Both the position numbers and the translations under genes were made by a program. The notes below the pieces were generated by a model. The model was not told where the DNA came from and did no database searches. It worked only from the letters and a program-made list of their open reading frames with translations. Positions 1-36,675 of a stretch of DNA of 64,000 nucleotides are shown piece by piece. The stretch lies in contig CAVNZM010000007.1 in NCBI GenBank assembly GCA_963693365.1, positions 2,961,979-3,025,978 of the forward strand, in the 5' to 3' direction. Positions within the stretch are counted from its first letter, which is position 1; the number at the start of each line of letters is the position of its first letter. Source of the DNA: Amoebidium appalachense. Taxonomy: Eukaryota > Protista > Ichthyosporea.

Positions 1-37
<37 letters not shown>

Positions 38-327
38 TGGTGGTGGTGGTGGTGAGGGGAGGGGGGTGAGGGGGGAGGGAGGGGAGGTGAGGGGGTGTTG
101 TGGGAGTGTGTGTGTGTGTGCGTGTGTGCGTGCGTGTGGGATCGTGTGTCATTGTGTGGGGTTGTGGTGTGTGTTGGGGGGGAAGAGGGGGGGAGACGGG
201 GGATGGAGGGGAGGGGTTTTAGATGCTGTAAGAATAGCAAAGAAAACCTTTGTTGGGTAGTGGTGGTTGGGGATCTGGTTCTTTGTTAGACTGAGAAGGG
301 TCACTTGGAGTTGTTTGACACCGTTGT

Positions 328-597
328 GTAGGCACACGCACAAGCGCACTTGCGGGCATGCACAGGCTGGTGCTCTTTTTTTTTTTTTTTTTACACTCTG
401 CGTTTTTTTTTAAATTTTATGGCCGTCGCACCTTTGATCTAGCTGTTTTGATGTGTTTACGAGTAGGCACACGCACAAGCGCACTTGCGGGCATGCACAG
501 GCTGGTGCTCTTTTTTTTTTTTTTTTACACTCTGCGTTTTTTTTTAAATTTTATGGCCGTCGCACCTTTGATCTAGCTGTTTTGATGTGTTTACGAG
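328..597. repeat. Near-perfect tandem duplication of a ~135 bp unit
   Basis: gtaggcacacgcacaagcgcacttgcgggcatgcacaggctgg...gatgtgtttacga occurs at 328-462 and 463-597, differing only in T-run length. Confidence 0.9.
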
Positions 598-997
598 TAA
601 TCTTCCCCCCCCCTTCCCCCCCCCCTCTCTACTCAGCTTCTCCCTCCCACCCAACCTCTTCCCATATCTCCCTTTCCCCCCTAACTTCTTCCTTTCTCTT
701 TCTGTCTCTCCTTTCTCCCTAACTCTCCTCTCCCCCCCCCCCCCCCCCCCCCCCCTTCCCCCCGGGCCCTCAATCCCCCCCTCCCTCCCTCCCTCCCTCC
801 CTCCCTCCCTCCCTCCCTCTCTGTCTCTCTGCCTCTCTTCTCTTTCTCACCTCCTTCACGTGTGCACACACACACTCTCTCTCGTCCCCGCCCGCCCCTC
901 TCTTCCCTTCGAAACCTCCTCCCTTTCTCTCGGGCCCCCCTCTTCCCGTTCACCCCTTTCGCTTCCCCTGAGGCCTTCACTCCCTTCCTCTCGTCAG

Positions 998-1041
998 TGT
1001 GAACTGGGTCAGAAGATAGCCTTGGTAATTGGGGCAGTAAG
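998..1041 (+). CDS. Possible upstream exon of the NDUFAF7 gene (CELGQKIALVIGAV)
   Basis: Unique sequence bounded by tcgtcag| and |gtgagg; only one frame is open. It joins in phase to a T-tract acceptor at 1484/1485 (an unusual GAG), giving ...GAVREEPRADRFTLTVADYM. It could belong to another gene. Confidence 0.35.
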
Positions 1042-1148
1042 GTGAGGGCGGGAAAAAGGGGGGAGGGGGGGGGACGAGAATTGCGCTTTCTTACTATGAT
1101 GCAATCATTCCTGTGTGTGTGCTTCAGTTCTCTTCTTCTATTTTGCTG

Positions 1149-1200
<52 letters not shown>

Positions 1201-1278
1201 TGTGTGTGTGTGTGTGTGTGTGTGCTTGTGTGTGTGTACGTGTGCATGGTGTTTCCCGCCCCCCCCCTCCCCCCCCCT

Positions 1279-1317
1279 CCCCCCTTCCCCCCCCTCTTCT
1301 GCTCGGCGTTAAGTGGC

Positions 1318-1351
<34 letters not shown>

Positions 1352-1396
1352 GGCCCAGGCCACTTAACGCCGAGCAGAAGAGGGGGGGAAGGGGGG
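1279..1396. repeat. ~40 bp inverted repeat around a poly-G spacer
   Basis: cccctcttctgctcggcgttaagtggcc (1291-1318) is the reverse complement of ggccacttaacgccgagcagaagagggg (1358-1385); pairing extends into the flanking C/G runs. Confidence 0.9.
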
Positions 1397-1484
1397 GGGT
1401 GTGGGGGGGTGGGGGGGCTTAATGAGTGGGGCAGTCAGGTTGGAGCTTTTTTTCCTCTTTTTTTTTTTTTTTTTTTTTTTTGAG

Positions 1485-7573
<6,089 letters not shown>

Positions 7574-7649
7574 CTAATCATATAATTTCCAATAAATTAT
7601 TTCATATTTTATTATAGGAATGTCTTCTATCTGTAGAAATGAAAACATA

Positions 7650-7743
7650 TGGGACAGAGATTTGAGTTTTGGCAGTGTGTCCCAAAACGTTGCCACCTCA
7701 CCCTGGCTTTCAACCCCGACAGTTCCCACGAATAACGCAATGA
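7650..7743 (+). pseudogene. Degenerate copy of the end of the NDUFAF7 last exon, downstream of the stop
   Basis: atgggacagagatttgagttttggcagtgtgtcccaaa...cctggctttcaaccc...caatga aligns with atgggccaaagatttaagtttttggccgtgtgtcctaaa...cctgggtttcaaccc...caataa, with a 1-nt deletion. Confidence 0.85.
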
Positions 7744-8372
7744 CATAAATTACTTGATGAAATCGCCTCCAGCTAATTTGTTGTGAATATTGTGGATATT
7801 GTTTTGAAGGAAAGATCCGTGATGTATTGCAATATAAAACCCTAATAGATGGGTATGTTGATACCTTAGAAAGGACACTTTTTTCGCTTCCATATTGCTA
7901 TTTGTGTAGCTACTTCGTGTTTGACAAGGGTTTGATGTCCCAAAGGTACTCTACATGCACACACACACGCACGCGCGCCTGCAAACACACACACACACAC
8001 ACATACAAACACCTGTCCACACACACACGAACACCTGTACACACACACACACACACACACATGCACACACACACACACCATGACACATACACACACCTGT
8101 ACATGTATATACACACGCGCACTCGCGCGCGCGCCTGTACACACACGCACACACACACGGTGGGGAGGGGGGGGGGGAGGGGGGGGGGGGGGGGGGGTCA
8201 TCATCAAAGCTTCGATCACGCTTCCGGTTTCTCTCCCCCCCCCCCCCCCCTCCCCCCCCCCTCTCCGTGCGGCGTAGAACTCTGTCTAGATCCCTCCCAA
8301 ACGTTCCCCCATTTTCCTTTGCACAGTTTCGCCCACAGTACACACAACCACACGTGCGTGCGTGCGCGTGCG

Positions 8373-8460
<88 letters not shown>

Positions 8461-8561
8461 GGAGGGAGGGAGAGAGGGAGAGACCGTGAGAGGGCCCCGG
8501 AGACAGGAAGTTCGTGACGGTTGCAGCCCTTTCACTAGCAGGTAAAAGCCTACGGACACAG

Positions 8562-8629
<68 letters not shown>

Positions 8630-8782
8630 CGCTTTCTGTACGTACGAACAACCTAATCCACGTACCCACTTGTGTATTGATGAATAGGTGCAAGTTTACA
8701 ATGGCAAGTTGACATTCAACACTCCAGATTTATGTAACTTTGTAAGAAGTTTGCTGCAATCCATGTTTCCCGAAATGGCATC

Positions 8783-8910
8783 ATGATCATGATATAACGG
8801 TTTAAAAAATCTTGATCATTTATATCGTGATATTTTATTCGTCAACGTACATGATCATGATATAACGGTTTAAAAAATCTTGATTCATTTATATCGTGAT
8901 ATTTTATTCG
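8783..8910. repeat. Tandem duplication of a ~62 bp unit
   Basis: catgatcatgatataacggtttaaaaaatcttgat(t)catttatatcgtgatattttattcgt occurs twice. Confidence 0.9.
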
Positions 8911-9324
8911 TTAACTTTTTGGGACGTCCGACCCAGCAGACCCCTGGCATTTCACTTACGTAATACAATCAATACTCCTGTGGCCTTCACGGAGTTAAGC
9001 ATTAAGACTCCCTTTACCGTTATTTATGGGCCTGTTACCCATTGGTTCATTTTCATGTGCAACCAACCTTACATAAATATCAACCACATACAATATGGTG
9101 GAACTATGAGCCAAACATCTACTCTGTACAGAAACCGGAAGGGGGGAGGGGGGAGGAGGGGGGCACATACAATGTGCTATAAATATCTAGATAATCATAA
9201 TATCCAATAAAATTATTGGCACAGCACAAAACCGCACGCACACTATACCGATGCTTCTATCATTCAGTCAAAGCCCATCTTTCATTTCCATAAAGGGATA
9301 TCACTATTGCTTTCCCTCTTTTCT

Positions 9325-20412
<11,088 letters not shown>

Positions 20413-21712
20413 CTTGCCTCAAACCAAGGGATTCTTCCCTTTTTGCTCTTTCCCTTTGTTTTCCTTTAGTTGTTAACAACGCAGACAGTTCTGAACGAAG
20501 CCTTCCCGCAAAATTATCATAAGAATAAAGTGAGCCGGATCTTTTGAACGTCTTTCAAGTTCAGGAAGGCTCGGTGTGAGAGTGCGTTAGATTTATCTGT
20601 GTGCGCCGCTTTTCATGGTGCGCACAAAAGCCCCGGGAACCAATCAGATGTACAAGGTCGGCACCAAAACAGATTTTGTTGTGTCCAAATTAGGACAATG
20701 AGTAAACCATATTTGGCTAAAGAATCTAAGCCTTGTCTCTTCCATAAAAAGACAAAAAATAAGTCTGCAAGTAGCTAAAATCCGCGTTTTAGGGAAAAAT
20801 ACTATATAAAAGGCAAAAATGACATCCATATAGTAACTAATAGCTTCGACAGCGGTTTCTATCATATTCCCACGACTCCACAGGCACTATGTTACTAAAT
20901 ATCAAGTTCCCAATTCAATTTTGTTGTTCCGGTCCCCGGACCCGGCGATTTGTCGAATGTAATGGTGTTTTAATCGTCACGTTATTCATTGGCTATAAAA
21001 CACCTAATCATATTGCAGCAACAATATATTTCGCCAATCAGATCATTTTAAATTTGGCGGGCATTTTTGGTACAAACGGACGTCCCAGGGCGACTCCCAC
21101 GCCCAAACGCGGCTTTATAATTATCGGTTGCAACCCTGTACGTGGGCGGGTTTTGTTGATGACTTTCATTCTTGACAGATGGTGACACAACGACATTGAC
21201 AGAAAGATGCCCATTTGCCTTGACAAATACGGAAACGGCGGGCTCGAACGTGTGCACGTGGCCCACACCAAGAGGCCCGCATATGGGAAACTGTGTCGAC
21301 GTATATATACGTGCATGTCCAAGTTTATTAGTGTTCTGCCAGTGACACCTCACCGTTTGCATATTTGTAGTTAACCCTAAGGTTAATGGACTTGGCACTT
21401 GAGGGTATATATGATGTATAATACGACTGTACTGCTTTGTCTCTCTTTTAATAGATTGTGTTACAGGGACGGGCTGAATGCGTTCACGATGAGCTTCGAA
21501 TTCGCATGCATGCGCTTAAATCGAACAAACGGAGAGGGTTTTTATTGCATTCATGCTCGGACGCTACTGGAGCTGTATAATAAACGAGGTAGTATACGTA
21601 TTCACAGGCTACTGCCAAATACAAATACCCCGGGAAACATCTGGCCACGTTTTTCCAGACTGGGGACGAATCACGAGAGCATAATAGTAGTACACTCATC
21701 TGCTGTACTTAA

Positions 21713-22483
21713 GGGCGTGTTTGGCAGCGCAGTTATGTCGTCTTTTCATCGTATTCGTATTTTCGCGCAATACCACGGATACGAATTTGTTTTGGGCCAA
21801 ACAAGCCACAGAATTATATCTCGCGAAAAGACGATGGGATCGCTTTCATATCGTCTTTTCGAAAATCACCTCCGGAGGTCCCGGGAGGTTATTTTCGGAA
21901 AGACGATATAACTTTTGGCCAATCATAAGCGCAGTAAGCTTCTATTGGATCGATCCGATCCAATCCAGTTTTGACATTGTCGCGGACCATTTGTGGTTAT
22001 TTTAGCTGTGAGGTTGGTGCCAACTTGGTGGAAACCGGATCGGTACCTGTTCTTTTCCAAATAATGCCTTTTTTATACAATAGAAGTAAAAAAAAAACAA
22101 TGATAGGTAGAAAATGTACCTTCATAAATATTATTTATATAAAAAGGTGCAAACTACGCTCAAAATATGACTTTTAATTGGATTCGAAGAACTAAGTATA
22201 TCAATATCGATTTACATCCCTCCGCCCAATCAAACATCTGATATCGATCGATACATTTTTAGCATTCCCTTGATGAAACGTAAATTCGATCGAGCAAGCA
22301 TATCTTGCGTGTTTTTCAAACTTTAGGCGCGTTTGGCAGCCATAATCGTAATAGGCGCGTTTGGCACGCCATAATCATAATCGCCCCTAAATACGCATAC
22401 CTCAAGATAATTTTATAAATACGATTATTCTTCTTTTCGCACAATAATACGAATACGATTATTTTTGGCTGCCAAACACGCCC
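21713..22483. mobile_element. Tourist/PIF-Harbinger-like MITE, or a nest of such MITEs
   Basis: TAA|GGGCGTGTTTGGCAGC ... GCTGCCAAACACGCCC|TAA: perfect 16-bp TIR with a TAA duplication. Extra TIR-like copies at ~21796, 22325 and 22353; internal ~28-bp hairpin at 21848-21909; no transposase ORF. Confidence 0.75.
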
Positions 22484-23298
22484 TAATAATCTGATTCATG
22501 AGTGACGGCGGAGCGTGTTGGCTTTACTGCAGCTAATAATAGCAGCACCTGGCGTCTATATTTAGCACGGAGCAACTCAAGAGACGTGGTACGGCGTGAC
22601 AAAAATCTTGCGATCGGTTCGCCCCCAACGGTTGTACCACTCACTCTTGTACATGTGTGCCGGGGGACTCAACGTGAGGCCAACTAATAGGAGACATGCT
22701 AAACCCGTGGGTCCGAAACGTGCAGGATGGGTACAAGACCAAAGCACTTTTACTAACATTTAACTACACAAATCCCCCATACACCCACCACATACAGCAG
22801 TGGGTGATCTAGCTAGAGCCTGCCAGACTACTGTAGTCTTAGGGGAGGAGGAGGAGGGGGGAGGGAGGGAGGGAGAAGGGGGGAGGGAGTTAGGGCAGGG
22901 AGGGGGTGGGGGAGAGGGGGAGAGGGGGAGAGGGGGGAGGAGGGAGGGCGGGATGAGGGAGTATCATGGCGTCTTGAGCTAATAATCAGTCGTTATGACC
23001 TTCACTCATAACGGCAGTGTCACATTAGTATTCAACCCCCCCCCCCCCCCCCCCCCTCCCCCCCCCCCCCCCCCCCCCCCCCCCCTTCCTCTACCCTCCC
23101 CCCTCCTCTCCTGCGCCCACCCCGGGCCCCTCCCCTCCCCTCCCCCCCCCTCCCCCCCTCCCCCCCCCCCCTCTACCCTCCCCCCCTCCTCTCCTGCGCC
23201 CACCCCCTCCCCCCCTCCCCCCTCCCCTCCCCCCCTCCCCCCCCTCCCCCTCCCCCCCCCCCCCCCCACACACACACACACACACGCACATTCGAATT

Positions 23299-25656
23299 CT
23301 CGAGATATAATAGCTATCTCAAGAATATCATACAGTTCCAATATAGTTTCAGCTACATATTAAAACCAACGATTTTATGTCAGCGGCTGCCGACATCGCA
23401 CAGATACTACTGTCGCGGCGTTCGAATTTTTTTTTTCTTTTGACTGGATTTATTCGACGGAAAGATATGTAAGTATGCACGGCATACTGAGAAGACAATA
23501 AAAACTTCACGAGTTATCCAGTAACAAGTGCATACTGAGATACCTGAACACTGTGTGAAAATCATATAAATACTCAATGTGACGACCAACAGAATTCAAC
23601 AAAAAGTCTAAAGTGTTCACATTGCCAGCTAGTGTAGCAGATACCCGTAGGGAAAGAGGTAAAACGCGACATAAAAATTCACACCTATCAACATGCTTGC
23701 GATTAAAAAGGTCAGCACAAGTGTGGCACCAGCGGCGATGAAAACAAGAATTACAGCGCCACTGCACAACTTCCCAGGCAATATCAACATCAGAGCACCA
23801 TACAGACTTATCTACTAGGGTGGTATCCATACGTACAGCAGGAGAAATGTATCCTGCCAAAGCTCCCAAAAAGCGATAATGATCAGTACGGTGTTGCCTA
23901 AGGAACATAACACATGCCGACTGAGTTTTACCTTTGATTTCTCTATCAGAACGAGAAAGAAACTTATACTGCGTATGGTAATAACGCGAAAAGGCAGGCC
24001 TAGGAAAAACAGGAAGAGAAAAGAACGAGGGAGTGAGATAGGGAGAGGAAGAATCAGGTGGAAAGAGGGTAGTAGGCTGAGGACATTCAGAAGTAGTGTT
24101 GGTGAATCGGGGGGGAAGAGGGATGGAGGGAGGGGGGGGAAAGAAAGCATAAAGAGGGTGACCATCAGGTAGCCTAACTAAATGAAAACAAAACGAAGAG
24201 ACAATTCCTCCATACGACAAACAGCAGACGACAATCTAAACATACTGATTAAGGGAGGCACAAACCGAGTACGAAACAAAGAGCGCAGCGCAGTACCCTG
24301 AAAATCGTCGAACTCGTTCAGCGCCATTGCCGCCTCGCGAAGTGGGGCGCAGGCCAATAGCGGAAGTCCATATTCGAAAGTCGGCCGTAAAAAAGTTTTA
24401 TAGTACAGTAGAGAAGAAGGTTCGCAGGATGGATCACAGACTCCTGTTGAAACATATTTGACACGATGTGAAGCTTACCCTTCGCACGAGCGATCCGTGC
24501 CGTGAGGAGCTTGCGGAAATCAATACCCCGTGCAGTAAAAGGAATACCCAAATAGTCATAGGTGCTCTGAACAGGAATAGGAAGACCGGCCAATCGAAAG
24601 GAAGTGTTCTTCGAAAAAGTAGCACACTTTGCAATTCCGACTGCCATGAGATTCTCGGTGCACCATTGATCCACCTGACGAAGCATCTGGTGCATGACAT
24701 CTTCGGTTAAGGAACAAAGAACAATATCGTCCGCAAAAAGGAGACCCGGTACACGGCGGGTATGCAGTTGGCCAAAGGGTTCGAGGGCGCAGGCTAAATC
24801 GTCAATGAAAACGTCAAACAACAACGGACTCAGGAGGGACCCCTGCAGAAGACCCCGGGAACGGGAAAAACCGGGTGTTAATGTTCCATTGACCGCCGCG
24901 CGTCCGCGAGTGGTATCGAACAACGCTTGCAGAAGACGGCCAAAGGGGGCTGGTAAGCCCCGCATAGCCAGCTTATGCCATAACAAACCAGTGGGTACGG
25001 TGTCGTAGGCGTTCTTAAGGTCGATGAAGACAACGTGTGGAGAGCCAGAAGTAATGGATTCATGGAGTAACAGACTGTGAGTATAACACGAATAGGCATG
25101 ACGAAAGCCCCCTTGAAGGGAAGAAAGACGGAACACGGCGTTTAAAGAATCGTCGGTGTTAAACGCGCGAAGCATGCAACCCTCGAAGAGCCGACGAAAA
25201 ACGTTGGTAAGTGTGACGGGACGAAAGTCGTTAATGACCCCCTGCGATACCTTCTTACGAACGGGCGTAACGATTGTGTCAAGCCACGAATTTGGAATAA
25301 ACCCGAGTTCGAAAAAAGCCGAAAAAAACTCACTAAGAAGGACAGCAAAAGGCGGGGGCGGGGGGGACTCTGCACGATTACGGGGCGGAATCACGGGAGA
25401 AAGAACCTTGAAAAGCACGGGAGGAAGAGCATCTTCCCGCACGCCTTGCGGGGTTTTAACGATATTTGTGAACGGCCCTCTGCTTCCCCGTCCCTCCCTA
25501 TCTCCGACCCTCCCCCCCTCCACCTCCCCCCCCCCCCCCCCCCCTTCTCTGACCTTCCGCCCTTCCCCCCCCCAACGCGCGCACACACACCCACACCCTC
25601 GAGAGTACTAGCGATTCCAAGAATATCATACAGATCCAAGATAGTTTTAGCTACAT
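23299..25656. repeat. Diverged ~60 bp direct repeats (23299-23358 and 25598-25656) bracketing the LINE
   Basis: ctcgagatataatagctatctcaagaatatcatacagttccaatatagtttcagctacat vs ctcgagagtactagcgattccaagaatatcatacagatccaagatagttttagctacat; each is preceded by a C-run and (CA)n. Confidence 0.85.
23427..25490 (-). mobile_element. 5'-truncated, frameshifted non-LTR retrotransposon (RT, thumb and C-terminal Cys/His region, A-tail)
   Basis: RT motifs FRPVTLTNVFRRLFE, QGGFR, FIDLKNAYDTV, GLLQGSLLSPLLF, LLFADDI, YDYLGI; YKTFLRPTFEYG after a frameshift; C-terminal WRCN..CHTC..FNRKH..C; AATAAA then an A-run at 23427-23436. No endonuclease seen. Confidence 0.93.
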
Positions 25657-26176
25657 GACAGTGCACACCCCCCTCCACTCACCCCTTATGCCACCGAGAC
25701 TCGTATAAATCAGCCGCACATTCAATGAATCCACACACATGCATGTGCACACGCTCTCGCAGGCACGCCTGTGCAAAGAACGCGCTATAAATAACGCGCT
25801 AGTGGTATCATGTCAGTGCGTGTTCCCTCCCCCGAATTCGCCTGTCCCATCAACATGGGGAATTTTTTTTTTAATTTTTTTTTTAATCCATTACTTCCCG
25901 ATTATGCAGTCGTATACATAGCGAATACAGTGACTGTACATGTAGATTAAATTTTATAAGTTAAACCCCGACATCGTTAAAGTTTTGAGCTTTCGTACAA
26001 GAAAGATTGTGAACATCGACGTGCATGGAATTAGCCTCCGGGCGGGCAGCATATGATATTGGATATATGGTGATTGCATGAGGTGCACGAGGACTTTGGA
26101 AAAGGAAAGGGCAAAGTTGGACAAAAAGAAGCTGCGGCGGCCAACACGCAAGTGTGTGTATGTGCGCGCGCCAAAG

Positions 26177-26270
<94 letters not shown>

Positions 26271-26330
26271 CGCTTTCTTTCTTTCTTCTCCTTCTTCTTC
26301 TCCTTCTTCTTCTTCACATTTTTTTTTTTT

Positions 26331-26361
<31 letters not shown>

Positions 26362-26393
26362 GGGGGTGGGGGTGGCAACCAAAAAAAAAAAAA

Positions 26394-26429
<36 letters not shown>

Positions 26430-27239
26430 GGGGAGGGGGGGGGGGGGGGGGGAGGTGAGCGGAACCCTGAAAAACACAACGTCCTCAGGAACGAGGGCAA
26501 AGGCTGATCGATCACAAGACACACCCACCAACAGCTTAGAAAAGAGTTTATAATCGGGGTTGACATCACTACATAAAAGAGACTCTTAACACTTATTCAT
26601 TTATTAACAACACGTGCATTAACGGTGGTGGCACACACCATCACATGTCCATTGGCATCCCCTAGCCGCCGGCCTATTTATAGGTCTAGACCGTGTAGGC
26701 AATCTCTACCTTTAAGACCTTAAAACCTTAAAGAATATGAGCCGACATTCAGGGTATGATATCATAATCAGTGCTGACGGATACGTAGTAACTGGCTTTG
26801 CCACATATGTGGGGTCTAAGCCTTTTATCTTAAATGAAGTTATCGCCTATCGCGTGTTATATGGAGACTCAGTCCTGGAGAAGTGCAGGCTTCGTCTTTC
26901 TATGAAAAAGAATGTAGCGAACACCACTTCATGTTGATACCTCTCATGCAGTCAATTTATGTCCATGGACAACAACCTGTCATGCTACCAAGTAATAATG
27001 TACAAACATGCACATAAACCCCACATCCCCCCCCCTCCCCCTTTCCCCTTCCCCTTTCATGCCCCCCCCCCCCCCCCCCCCCCTCTCCCTTCCCCCCTCC
27101 CCCCTTCCCCCCTCCCGCCCCTCCTGCCCTCCCCCCCCCCCCCCCTCAAACCAAACCAAAAAAAAAAAAAAAAAGAAGGCGGAAAAGAAAAAAAACAAAC
27201 GGAAAAATCCCAAAGGCCGTTACGTCATTACATATCTAC

Positions 27240-33734
<6,495 letters not shown>

Positions 33735-34259
33735 GTTTTCGGTTTCTTTGGATCCACTCTTGGGTAATCCTCGATGGGATGGATGATGGTTGTGATGAGA
33801 TACGGGCAGCTCTCAGCTCACGTGGATAACGCAACTAAGGAAACATAAAAAGGTCAATCGAGAAAAGAAAACCGGCCACAATGTAGCTAAAAGGAAGCTT
33901 GCATAATGAATATAGCCTCTAAAACCTATCACATATAACGTAGAAACTTTTCCCCTCCTCTCCCGGACTCCGAACTACAGAGCTTTTCCCGGCTGCTTTC
34001 TTTCTCGTCGGACGGTCGGACTTCTGTTTGTTTGTTTTTGCCGCATAGCGCAGCGAGAAGAAAGCAGAGCGTTGATTGGACAACTGAAAAGACCGCAAAT
34101 CTGTATACCTATATTTGGGTAAAGGTGCCGGCACGCCAGTGGCTATGTGAAATGATTGGTAGATCTAGATCTATGATGATCTGCCTGCCCAGTGTACGTG
34201 CCTGTGTACGTGTAATTGTGTATGCTGCGGCACGTGCTGCACACACTTTTCTGCACATT

Positions 34260-34529
34260 TCGATAGGTGTGAGTTTTTATGTCGCGTTTTACCTTTTTCC
34301 CTACGGGTGTCTGCTACACTGGCTGGCAATGTGAACACTTTAGACTTTTTGTTGAATTCTGTTGGTCGTCACATTTAGGGTTTATATGATTTTCACACAG
34401 TGTTCAGGTATCTCAGTATGCACTTGTTACTGGACAGTTCGTGAAGTTTTTATTGTCTTCGAACAGTATGCCGTGCATACTTGCATATATTTCCGTCGAA
34501 TAATAAATCCAGTCAAAGAAAAAAAAAAA
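34260..34529 (+). mobile_element. 3' fragment of the same non-LTR family, opposite orientation, with A-tail
   Basis: Closely matches the reverse complement of 23427-23690 (ggcaatgtgaacactttagactttttgttgaattctgttggtcgtcacatt...ccgtcgaat..aatccagtcaaagaaaaaaaaaaa). Confidence 0.92.
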
Positions 34530-34555
34530 CATTTCGAGAGCATACGCACATTTAC

Positions 34556-34596
<41 letters not shown>

Positions 34597-34719
34597 CTCC
34601 ACATATGATGTCTATTTGATCCGTTATATCTCCACTTAGAATTTGTATGATGTTAAGTGTAACAGGGGGTTTACACACTTTTTATTGCGTGGACACTGCC
34701 ACCGATTTTATTTCATGTA

Positions 34720-35863
34720 TCTCCCTGGGAGGAAATCGATCGCGGCCTAGAAGACGTGTTTTGATGTCTTCCAGACTTAGAAACCGGCCCGGGCCGGGCC
34801 TAGCGCTCTTTGCCCGGGACTTTTCTGCCAACTTTGCTTGCGCTTTGCACTCTTTCTCCTTACTTCCTCTCAAACAAAAAAAGCCTTCCTTATGTGCAAG
34901 AGCCTTTTCCGTAATATCCTGGCCCCTGCACAATTGGATGTTGGTGATGAGTGTGGAATGTGGCTCCGAGAAGCCTTCTCTTTTCGCTCGCTCCAAGTTG
35001 CTCCCTTCACCAGCCCCCCAGGCTTTTTTTTCTGGCTCAAAGTGCTCTAAAGCACCGTAAAAGCTGTCTACTGTACACAATGGAGCTTGTGTTTGAAGCT
35101 TTATAGCATAGAAAAACACATTGATCGTGTGCCATGCACAGAAAGGCTGTTTGTAAGGTCAACTGCTCCCCACTCAGATCTTCCACAGCAGTCTGCACAT
35201 GAGCGAGCTGATGTTGTTTAAAGACAAGCTCAGCCAGCCACTACGTGTGTTAGGCCTGGGTGAGGTAACAGGAGTCTCGCAGATGCTGTGGTTTCATTGC
35301 AACTTTCGAAGTCACTGTGTGTTGCTGGGGGGTAACCAGGCCTAGATCTTTCAACAGTCGCTGCCCCGGCCCCCCATTACAAGTTGACATGCCAAGACAC
35401 TCTTGTGTGCAATGAATAAAAAGCTATTGGGTGTCACACCCGTGTCCTATACAAGTTGAGTAGAACCATTCGCGAAAGGTTCTGGCAACAGCGCTTCGAA
35501 CAGAGAAGCGAGGAAGCACAGCAGTGGAATGCCGAGTCGACTCGACAGGCCGCAGCGTCCGCAGCGTCCACAGCGCACGGTATGATAAAATCGATCGATC
35601 TGATAGAGTGCCAAATTCGAAGTCTAGAAGACCGCAAAACACGTCTCCTAGTAATCGCGACCAAGCACTTTCAAGCAGCTCTAAAACCGCTTTTTCATTA
35701 GTAACCGCGGTTCGCGTATTATAAAAAGTTGTTATAAATGTTATAGGCTTAATAGCGGTACCCTACTTGTTGGGGATGTCTTAGCAAGAGCGCGATCGAA
35801 AAATAAGAAAACCTCAAATTTTGGTCTAGAAGACGTGTTTTGACGTCTTCCGGCCCAGGGAGA
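34720..35863. mobile_element. Putative non-autonomous TIR element, TA-flanked, with palindromic subterminal motifs
   Basis: TA|TCTCCCTGGG ... CCCAGGGAGA|TA. Motif ctagaagacgtgttttga(t/c)gtcttcc at 34747 and 35825, inverted at ~35623-35651. No recognisable transposase. Confidence 0.55.
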
Positions 35864-36361
35864 TATCTTGTTGGGTGGAAGTACTGTTGGCCTTTGTGCC
35901 GACAACTCATGCACAACTCACCTACATGTCGTTAATAAACAGCACATTCCCCCCATTTATGTACACTGTCCACATGTGCACTTTTGGTGTTTTTCCAGCC
36001 TTTTGTTCGAGTATAATTGACACCGTTTCAAAATCGACGGAATAAGCGACATAAGTCATGTAACTATAGTAGTATATATTCAACACTGACAACATTTCGC
36101 CTAACAGTAACTATATTAAACGTACTGCAGTCAAAGCAAGTACGGGGGGTGCCGAATGGATCATGATGTGGGCATCTTGACAATGTACGTACAACATGCT
36201 CCGTATAAGAGTGCGTGGAAAAATGTACGTGAAAGTTCGCAGTTATATATAATTACGGGATATAGGTGGTGGTGCGCGTAACTGTGGGCGTGCACACCCG
36301 TAGTGGTGTGGTGGTTGTGATGGTGGTGGAGGGGGATGAGGAGGGCGGTGGTGGTGGTGGT

Positions 36362-36403
<42 letters not shown>

Positions 36404-36601
36404 TGTCTGTGTGTGTGTGTGTGTGTCACAGTGTGTGCGCGTGCGTGCGTGTGTGTGTTTGGCAATGCGTATGTGCGTGGTGATGGTGGTGGTGGTGGTG
36501 GTTGTTGTTGTTGTTGTTGTTGTTGTTGTGGTGGTGGTGGTGGTGGTGGTGGTGGTTGTTGTTGTTGTTGTGGTGGTGGTGGTGGTGGTGGTGGTGGTGG
36601 T

Positions 36602-36675
<74 letters not shown>

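Noticed and set aside
290-327. Possible small exon TEKGHLELFDTV
   Set aside because: Splice-like flanks, but the phase does not join cleanly to 998 with the better donor and the peptide is unrecognised.
25954-26569. Possible small gene between the LINE and the hydrolase
   Set aside because: Short frames with stops, no coherent splice model and no recognisable motif.
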